Assembly: GCA_016235455.1 (NCBI GenBank)
Contig: JACRKZ010000046.1
Span: 1-13,175, forward strand
Length of the DNA stretch: 13,175 nt
Direction: 5' to 3'
DNA from: Armatimonadota bacterium
GTDB taxonomy: Bacteria; Armatimonadota; UBA10988
The translations under genes were made by a program, and so were the position numbers. This document shows positions 6,428-13,175 of this stretch, piece by piece. The notes beneath the pieces are model-generated. The model was not told the origin of the DNA. It ran no database searches and saw nothing but the letters and a program-made list of their open reading frames with translations. Positions within the stretch are counted from its first letter, which is position 1, and each line of letters opens with the position of its first letter.

Positions 6428-9400
6428 ATGCGGCGCATCGTTGCCTGGGTCTTTGTGCTGGTGGCTATCGCGGCTCACGCCGACGCTCTGTCCGACGCGC
6501 GACCGATGCTCGATGCGCCGCTCCTCTTCGTGAAGCGGCACTCGTACACCGGCATCCACATCTACGACACGTACTACAAATGGCCGCCCGGCGGCGGCGG
6601 CATCTACGTGCTGGAGAATCCCGCCGATCCGCCCGCGCAGCATCGCATCCGACCGATCATCGACGCCACCACGCCCGGCACGCTGGGCAACGGCGTCTAC
6701 ACCCATCCCGAGCTGTCGTTCGATGCGACCAGGCTGCTGTTCTGCTACAAGGGCGAGCCGACCGGCAACACTTCCATCTATGAGATCGGCGTCGACGGCA
6801 AGGGACTACGGCGGCTCAGCGATCCAGGCCCGACCTGCTCGGACTACCACGGCAGCCAGGCCGGCCAGCACGACGTCGCACCGTGCTACCTGCCCGACGG
6901 GCGCATTGCCTGCCTGTCCACGCGGCCCAGCGGGCTGGTGCCGTGCAACAACACCGGCGTGGCCGTGCTGCATGTGATGAACGCCGACGGCAGCGACCTG
7001 CATCCCATCTCGGTCAACTTCGTCAACGAGTTCGATCCGGTGGTGATGCCGGACGGCCGGCTGTTGTTCGGCCGCTGGGAGTATGTGGACAAGAACGCGC
7101 TGACCATCCAGTCGCTGTGGACCAGCCGGCCCGACGGCAGCGAGGAGACGGCCTACTACGCGAACAACATGGTGCTACCGGAGGCCATTCTGGACGTGCG
7201 GCCGGTGCCGGGCACCGCGCTCGTGGTGGGCACCTTCGCCAAGCACAACAGCACGCCGCGCGGCTCCATCGCCATGGTCGATGCCCGCCTGGGCAAGAAC
7301 AACGTCAAGGCCATCACCAACTTCGAGCATCCCGACCAGCCCACCTTCGACACCGGCGACTCGTGCGAGCCGTGGCCGCTCGACCGGGACACGGTGCTGT
7401 TCAGTGGCCGGCCCGCGGGCAGCGCGCGCAACGTGCTGCAAATCCTCACGCGCTCGGGCGAGCGGCAGACGCTGCTGGCCGATCCGGCCATCTGCCTGCA
7501 CTCGCCCATGCTGATCAAGCCGCGGCCCGTGCCGCCGGTGTTGCCGGCGGTGGCCAACCGCGACGCCGACATGGGCCGCTTCGTGGTCAAGGACATCTAC
7601 CGCGGGCTCGACGGCATCAAGCGCGGTGAGGTGAAGTCGCTGCGCGTGCTCGAGGAGACCTCGCGGGTCTCCGAGCGCAGCGGCGCCAATCCGTTCAACC
7701 AGGTGTTCCTGGTCTCGGCGGCGCTGGCCTTCAGCGTGAAGAACGTGCTGGGCGTGGTGCCTGTGGACGCCGACGGAGCGGCCTCGTTCGACGTGCCCGC
7801 CGGCCGCGCCGTGTTCTTCCAGGCACTCGATGCCGATGGCCGGCTGGTGCGGTCCATGCGCACCTTCATCCAGGCCGTGCCCGGCGCAACGCGCTCGTGC
7901 GTGGGCTGCCACGAGGACCGCAACACTGCGCCGTCCAACGACGCCGCCTCGCGGAGCCTGCTGCCCAAGCTCGAGGCGCCCGCCGCCAGGCTGGTCGACG
8001 AGTCATGGGGCAGCGGCTACCTCGACTACCCGAGCCAGGTGCAGCCGGTGCTCGACCGGCATTGCGCGTCGTGTCACGGCGGTGACAAGGACATCGCCGC
8101 CGGCCTCGACCTGTCGGGCGGCTGGACAGAGTTCTTCAGCATCTCGTATGAGAACCTGGTCAATCGCCGCCGCTCGCAACTCACCGCCGATCTCATTGCC
8201 GGCATCGACTGCATGAATGGCACGGCCTGGTGGTCGAGCCAGATCTTCGGCCCGCGCGGCCACGGCTCCGGCGCGGCGCCACTGGCAGCGCTGCTGGTGG
8301 ACGGCCATGGCGGGCGAATCCCCGACCTGACGCGGCGCGAGCGCGACCTGCTCATGGCTTGGATCGACACCAACGGCCAGTACCATGGTACCTGGGACAT
8401 GGCGCCCGGCGGCCAGTGCGACACCAACGGCTGGACTGCCACGCGCGCCGCGCTGAGCCAGCAGATGAACGTCGCCGGCTGCGTCAAGTGCCATGGCGGC
8501 CGCTTCGAGGACGACTGGTTCAACCTCGAGCAGCCCGAACAGAGCCGCATTCTGCGCGCACCGATGGCCGCGGGCCAGCCCGGCGCGCTGACCTGGTGCC
8601 GGCAGCGGGCCGTCGGCCAGGACCCGCGCGTGCGGCTGCTGGTCAGTGGCTACGCGCACGCGGTCATGCCCGCCGAGCAGTTCCCCCGGCGCGAGTGGCA
8701 GCCGGCCGACCGCTCTGGCGAACCGGTGGCCAGCTTCGCCTCCAGCGCCGACCCGAACTACCAGGCCATGCTGGCCACCATTCGCCGTGGCCGCGAGATG
8801 GCTTTGGCCAAGCCGCGGGTCGATCAGCCCGGCGTCCAGGTCGTTGCCGGCGCACAGCGCATGTACCGGCCGCCCATGCCGCCCGAGACCGCGCCGCCGT
8901 TGTCGGCCAGTGTGGACGACGACGGCGTGGTGACGCTGGCCTGGGAGCGCTCGGCGCGCACCATCGGTCTGGAGGCCGTCGTGGCACGCGGTGACAAGAC
9001 CATTGCCGACACCCCGCTGTTCGCCTGCGCCGACGCGGCCGCGCCCACGGGGCGCGCCGAGTACTCGCTGGTCGTGTCCGCGCGTGGCCGGCGCAGCCAG
9101 CCGAGCCACGTGACGCTGGAGGTGCCCGCGGCCAAACCGCCGGCCGCGCCGACCGGGTTGACCGCTGGTGCGCAACCGAACGCCGTGCGACTGAGCTGGT
9201 CAGCGGTGGAGCGCGCCGCGGGCTACGTGGTGGACCGCGCGCTCGAGGGCCAGCCGCCGGTGCGGCTGACGGCCGAGCCCATCGCGCTGCCGACCTACAC
9301 CGATGGCAGCGGCGAGGCCGGCCGCGCCTATCGCTACACGGTGAGCGCGGTGAGCCGGCGGGCGGTGGCGGGCCCGCCGTCGGCGCCCGTGACCGGCACG

Positions 9401-9982
9401 GCAGTGGCACTGAAGGGGCCGGTCCTCGACCTGCCGCTGACCAGCCTGGCCGACGGTCGGCTGTGGGACGGCTCGGCGCTGACCGGGCGGCTGGCGGGTG
9501 GGGCGCAGATCACCGCCGACGGTCTGAAGATCGGGCCGACCGGCTCGCTGACTTTGCCGCACCACGAGCAGTTCGACCTGACAGGGCCGTTCAGCGTCGA
9601 CTTCCGCGTGTTCATCGAGCAGGCGGGCGATATGCCGGTGCTCGTCAGTTGCGGGCTGTGGCAACAAGCGGGCTGGTTCGTGCAACGGCTGGGCGGCGCC
9701 TGGCGCTGGCATGTGGGCGGCCTCGATTGCGACGGTGGCCAGCCGGCGGTGGCCAAGTGGATCCGGCTCACCGGCGTGTGGGACGGTCAGGAGGCGCGCC
9801 TCTACCAGGATGGCCAGCTCGTCGGCAAGGTCGCGGGCCGGGTCAACTCGGCGCCGTTCGGCGGACCGCTGATGGTCGGCCAGTACAGCGGTGGACCGGC
9901 ACCGTCGTTCCAGGTGGTCGGCCGCATCAAGGCTGTCGGCCTGCATCGGCGGGCGCTGACCCCTGAGGAGATCAAGCCGTGA
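6428..9982 (+). CDS. Secreted HzsA-related (hydrazine synthase alpha-like) protein: TolB-like beta-propeller + HZS-alpha middle domain + three CxxCH heme c motifs + FN3-like + LamG/ConA-like domain
   Basis: SD GGAGG (6417-6421) before ATG 6428 (alternative ATG 6425), and a signal peptide. Propeller motifs PCYLPDGRI, PVVMPDGRLLFGRWEYVD and LWTSRPDGS; middle domain LGVVPVDADGAASFDVPA..FFQALDADG..MRTF. CVGCH 7898-7912, CASCH 8063-8077, CVKCH 8480-8494. FN3-like PAAPTGL..LSW..GYVV..YRYTVSAV; LamG-like WIRLTGVWDG..LYQDG..RALTPEEI. Confidence 0.85.
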   Translation: MRRIVAWVFVLVAIAAHADALSDARPMLDAPLLFVKRHSYTGIHIYDTYYKWPPGGGGIYVLENPADPPAQHRIRPIIDATTPGTLGNGVYTHPELSFDATRLLFCYKGEPTGNTSIYEIGVDGKGLRRLSDPGPTCSDYHGSQAGQHDVAPCYLPDGRIACLSTRPSGLVPCNNTGVAVLHVMNADGSDLHPISVNFVNEFDPVVMPDGRLLFGRWEYVDKNALTIQSLWTSRPDGSEETAYYANNMVLPEAILDVRPVPGTALVVGTFAKHNSTPRGSIAMVDARLGKNNVKAITNFEHPDQPTFDTGDSCEPWPLDRDTVLFSGRPAGSARNVLQILTRSGERQTLLADPAICLHSPMLIKPRPVPPVLPAVANRDADMGRFVVKDIYRGLDGIKRGEVKSLRVLEETSRVSERSGANPFNQVFLVSAALAFSVKNVLGVVPVDADGAASFDVPAGRAVFFQALDADGRLVRSMRTFIQAVPGATRSCVGCHEDRNTAPSNDAASRSLLPKLEAPAARLVDESWGSGYLDYPSQVQPVLDRHCASCHGGDKDIAAGLDLSGGWTEFFSISYENLVNRRRSQLTADLIAGIDCMNGTAWWSSQIFGPRGHGSGAAPLAALLVDGHGGRIPDLTRRERDLLMAWIDTNGQYHGTWDMAPGGQCDTNGWTATRAALSQQMNVAGCVKCHGGRFEDDWFNLEQPEQSRILRAPMAAGQPGALTWCRQRAVGQDPRVRLLVSGYAHAVMPAEQFPRREWQPADRSGEPVASFASSADPNYQAMLATIRRGREMALAKPRVDQPGVQVVAGAQRMYRPPMPPETAPPLSASVDDDGVVTLAWERSARTIGLEAVVARGDKTIADTPLFACADAAAPTGRAEYSLVVSARGRRSQPSHVTLEVPAAKPPAAPTGLTAGAQPNAVRLSWSAVERAAGYVVDRALEGQPPVRLTAEPIALPTYTDGSGEAGRAYRYTVSAVSRRAVAGPPSAPVTGTAVALKGPVLDLPLTSLADGRLWDGSALTGRLAGGAQITADGLKIGPTGSLTLPHHEQFDLTGPFSVDFRVFIEQAGDMPVLVSCGLWQQAGWFVQRLGGAWRWHVGGLDCDGGQPAVAKWIRLTGVWDGQEARLYQDGQLVGKVAGRVNSAPFGGPLMVGQYSGGPAPSFQVVGRIKAVGLHRRALTPEEIKP

Positions 9983-11001
9983 CCTTCGCCTTCATGCTGC
10001 TGAGCACGCTGAGCCTGGCCGAGCCGAACTGGGTGGAGGCGCACACACTGCTGCTCGAGGGACGCGGCTGGACCGATGTGGCGGCGCCGTATGACCGGCT
10101 GCCGGCCCGCGCCGAGAAGCTGGTGCGGCCGGACGTGTGGAATCTGTCGCGCAACTCCGCGGGGCTCTGCGCGCGGTTCGTGACCGGCGCGCACAGCCTG
10201 CGCTGCCAGTGGACGCTGCTGAGCACCAACCTGGACATGCCGCACATGCCGGCCACCGGGGTCAGCGGCGTCGACCTGTACGCCCGGCTGCAGGGCGGCT
10301 GGCGGTTCGTGGCCAACGGCCGGCCCACGGCGCAGACCAACGAAGCCGAGTGGGGCCTGCCCGCCGGCGCCAGCGAGTACCGGCTCTACCTGCCGCTCTA
10401 CAACGGCGTGTCGAGCGTGAAGCTGGCTGTGCCCGAAGGGCAGACGCTGTCCGCTGCCCAGCCCTCGGCGACGCGGCCCGTGGTGGTCTATGGCACCTCC
10501 ATCGCCCAAGGCGGATGCGCCTCGCGACCCGGCCTGGCCGCGGTGGCCATGGCCGGCCGCCGGCTGGATGTGCCGACCATCAACCTGGGCTTCTCGGGCA
10601 ACGGCCGGAGTGAGCCCGAGGTCGCGGATCTGCTGGCCGAACTCAACCCGTCGGTGTTCGTGCTCGACCCGCTCTGGAACATGTCGCCCGACGAGGTGAG
10701 CGCGCGCATTCCGCCGTTCGTGCGCCGGCTGCGCGCGGCGCGCCCGGCGACGCCCATCCTGCTGGTCGAGGACAGCCAGGTCTACAACCAGGTGCCCACA
10801 GGCAAGGGCCGGCTGCTGCGCGGCATCATGGACACCCTCAAAGCCGAAGGCCTGACCGGCCTCTACTTCCTGTCGGCCGAGGGCATGTTGGGCATCGACG
10901 GCGAGGGCACGGTCGATGGCTGCCACCCCAACGACCTGGGCTTCGCGCGGCAGGCCGAGGCCTACATCAAGGCGCTGGCGCCGTTGCTGCCGCAGCCGTA
11001 G
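9979..11001 (+). CDS. SGNH/GDSL hydrolase with N-terminal GxDLY domain (probable carbohydrate esterase)
   Basis: GVDLY motif; block I YGTSIAQG, block II NLGFSGNG and block V DGCHPNDLG; short hydrophobic N-terminus. The GTG start overlaps the upstream TGA (GTGA 9979-9982). Confidence 0.92.
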   Translation: MTFAFMLLSTLSLAEPNWVEAHTLLLEGRGWTDVAAPYDRLPARAEKLVRPDVWNLSRNSAGLCARFVTGAHSLRCQWTLLSTNLDMPHMPATGVSGVDLYARLQGGWRFVANGRPTAQTNEAEWGLPAGASEYRLYLPLYNGVSSVKLAVPEGQTLSAAQPSATRPVVVYGTSIAQGGCASRPGLAAVAMAGRRLDVPTINLGFSGNGRSEPEVADLLAELNPSVFVLDPLWNMSPDEVSARIPPFVRRLRAARPATPILLVEDSQVYNQVPTGKGRLLRGIMDTLKAEGLTGLYFLSAEGMLGIDGEGTVDGCHPNDLGFARQAEAYIKALAPLLPQP

Positions 11002-13174
11002 GCGCCGCCAGCACGCCGAGCCCGTAAGCCACGTCCGCCATGGGCGACTGCACCGTGTACTCGCACATCGACGGCCACCAGAAGACGTCGAAGTACGCCT
11101 CCAGCGACGGCCAGCCGGCCAAGGCGGGATAGGCCTTGGGCGCGACCAGCTTGAAGGCGAAGTTGTCGGTCTGATCGGCCAGATACTGCGGGCCGAAGAC
11201 CGTCAGGCCCGGTGGCGGTGCCTGGCCAGTGTGCCGCGAGTCCAAGTGCAGCGGGTTCTGGGGCGAACGCTGGCCGAGGCCGGTGGTGTAGCTGAAGTTC
11301 AGCGGGTTGGCGCCGAACTGCTGTTGCACCGAGCGCAGCAGCGCCGTGTGGTACTTGGCATCGCCCGTCAGCAGCCAGGCGCGGGCGATGTTCTTCGGCG
11401 GCGCGGTCAGGCCGCCATAGGCCATCGGCGCCCAGGGATTCTTGGTCCAGCCAAAGGCGCTACGCTGGCCCCACATCAGCCAGAAGTCGGCCTCGCGCAG
11501 CAGCGCGGCACGGCAGTTGGCCAGCAGTGTGGCATCGACCCCAGGCTGGCGGCAGTGCAGGTAGCTCCAGGCGGCGTCGCGCTGGTTGTGCTTGCCCCAC
11601 GACTCCATCTCGTTCTTGGGGTCGGCGAAGACCGTGGTCTGCCGGAACAACTCGTGCCAGGCGGCCTCGCCGGTGGCGCTGTAGAGCTCCAGCGCGGCCA
11701 GGTTCCGCTCGTCGTTGACCTGGTGCGGGTCGTTCTTGCCGGCGCGCTCGGGCAGCGCCGCCTCGGCCCAGCGCATGGCGCGCAGCGCGCTCTGCAGGTA
11801 GACATCGGCCAGCCTGGCATCGCGTCCGAGCAGCACCCGCGCCGCCAGCGCCGCGGTTCCGGCGTAGCTGTAGCTCGACCACGGGTCCGGCGCATAGGCC
11901 ATCACCGTGAGCGTCTCCTGCCACGAAGCCTCGCCCTGGTTGGGGTGCTCGGCGCTCTCGATACCGCCACGGATGCCGCCCTCGGGCGTCTGCATGCGGC
12001 GGTAACCGTCTAGGTTGTACAGCGCCTCATCGATCACGTCGGGCAGGGCGTTGGTGCTCTCGGGCAGGTTGAGGTTCAGCCCGTCCACCAGCCCGGGCCG
12101 CTGCTCGGCCAGATCCAGCAGATTGCGCGACGCGATCAGGTGCTGGATGCGCCGGTCCCAGTCGCCAGCGTCCATGTAGGCGCCCCAGGCGTTGGCCACG
12201 ATCTGGTCGGTCTTGCCCTTGACCAGGTTGCCGAAGTTGCCAGCCTCCTTGCCCAGGCCATTGCCGCTGTCGAGCAGCCCGCAGGTGCTGTGGTAGACGA
12301 CCAGCCCGTCCTCGGGGTTGAAGCAGCGCGGCCGCCGGAACTCGGTGTAGGGTGGACCCAGCGCGATGCCGCTGCGCTGATGGTAGAAGCCGCGAGTGGC
12401 CAGCGCGAAGGCATCGCGCCACGCGGTCTGGGCGATCTTGAAGGGGAACGAGCAGCCGATACCGTCCACCACGACCCGGTACTCGCCGGGCGCCTGGACC
12501 TGCGCGAAGTCCATGCGCCACACGTCGACGCCGTTGTGGTTGCGCTTGTAGGCATCCTCATCGGCGACATCGGCGGCCTTGGCCAGGACGACCTGGCCTG
12601 AGGCGGCAACGGAGCCAGTCGCGGCGTTGACCACTCGGAAGGTCTGGCCCGCGGGGTACTTGAGCGCGCCGCCATCGCCAAGCCAGCAGGAGAGGAAGGC
12701 CACCTTGAGCGGGTCGCTCGGCGCGAACCCGACCTGGCTGACATGAACAGCCTCGCTGCGCAGTTGGGTCGGATCGAAGGTGAAGGTCGGCGCCGCGGGC
12801 CCGATCTCGCCCAGCCTCAGCGAGTAATGACGGCCCACGGTCAGCGGCGCCGGTAGATGCAGAAAGAGATGGTGCTCCAGCGGGCTGTCGAAGGCCCAGC
12901 CCGCGGTGCGGCAGAGGTCGGTCGGCTTGGTCTTGCGCGACAGCCGGGTGGGCGACTGCGCCGTGGCGTAGGCCGCGTCGTCGGGCGACTGTAGCCGGTA
13001 GTCGACGAGCCGGTCCACGGGCCGCTCGCGACCGCTGCCGACCACGGCGTCGTAGGGTGTGAAGACGTCGGCCTTGGGCCCGACGATGTTGCCTACGGGC
13101 TTGCCGCCGCGCAGCAGGACGCGGCCGCGGCCGTCGGGCCGGACCTCGTCCCCGGGCTGCGCCACGTAGGGCTG
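10967..13174 (-). CDS. Glycoside hydrolase family 9-like protein with N-terminal Ig-like domain; 5'-truncated by the window edge
   Basis: VHVSQVGF..K Ig-like start, PGEYRV..GIGCSFPFKI, FYHQRSG, DAGDWD (12172-12161 for DAGD), GANPLNFSYTTGLG..P..PLH and C-terminal EYT (Glu 11062-11060). The frame stays open (..QPYV) to the window end, so GTG 13165 is probably not the true start. Confidence 0.88.
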   Translation of the reverse strand, partial: QPYVAQPGDEVRPDGRGRVLLRGGKPVGNIVGPKADVFTPYDAVVGSGRERPVDRLVDYRLQSPDDAAYATAQSPTRLSRKTKPTDLCRTAGWAFDSPLEHHLFLHLPAPLTVGRHYSLRLGEIGPAAPTFTFDPTQLRSEAVHVSQVGFAPSDPLKVAFLSCWLGDGGALKYPAGQTFRVVNAATGSVAASGQVVLAKAADVADEDAYKRNHNGVDVWRMDFAQVQAPGEYRVVVDGIGCSFPFKIAQTAWRDAFALATRGFYHQRSGIALGPPYTEFRRPRCFNPEDGLVVYHSTCGLLDSGNGLGKEAGNFGNLVKGKTDQIVANAWGAYMDAGDWDRRIQHLIASRNLLDLAEQRPGLVDGLNLNLPESTNALPDVIDEALYNLDGYRRMQTPEGGIRGGIESAEHPNQGEASWQETLTVMAYAPDPWSSYSYAGTAALAARVLLGRDARLADVYLQSALRAMRWAEAALPERAGKNDPHQVNDERNLAALELYSATGEAAWHELFRQTTVFADPKNEMESWGKHNQRDAAWSYLHCRQPGVDATLLANCRAALLREADFWLMWGQRSAFGWTKNPWAPMAYGGLTAPPKNIARAWLLTGDAKYHTALLRSVQQQFGANPLNFSYTTGLGQRSPQNPLHLDSRHTGQAPPPGLTVFGPQYLADQTDNFAFKLVAPKAYPALAGWPSLEAYFDVFWWPSMCEYTVQSPMADVAYGLGVLAAPTAAAATAPAP

Positions 13175-13175
13175 C

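Noticed and set aside
6428-9982. Calling this a true hydrazine synthase (hzsA) indicating anammox metabolism
   Set aside because: There is no hzsB/hzsC in the window, the protein has extra FN3/LamG domains, no Tyr follows the first heme motif, and the context is carbohydrate enzymes. Only fold-level relatedness is supported.

Overview
Visibly GC-rich bacterial DNA. The gene content resembles Planctomycetota/Verrucomicrobiota/Armatimonadota-type glycan degraders, but the taxon cannot be determined from this window. Left to right: the 3' end of a probable sugar-phosphate isomerase/epimerase (+); a perfect 31-bp inverted repeat with a 17-bp tandem duplication between two convergent stop codons; rsgA (-), preceded by a sigma70-like promoter and an unannotated Thr-rich 19-aa leader ORF in a structured leader; a secreted tandem alpha/beta-hydrolase (-) whose second domain lacks the catalytic Ser; a divergent, probably co-transcribed three-gene cluster (+) encoding a GH78 alpha-L-rhamnosidase, a large HzsA-like beta-propeller/tri-CxxCH cytochrome c/FN3/LamG protein and a GxDLY-SGNH esterase; and a convergent, overlapping, 5'-truncated GH9-like glycosidase (-). 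The most notable candidates are (1) a multiheme hydrazine-synthase-alpha-like protein embedded among secreted carbohydrate-active enzymes, suggesting a redox step in glycan breakdown, and (2) a putative leader-peptide attenuator controlling rsgA. All family calls come from motif recognition by eye, not from database searches.
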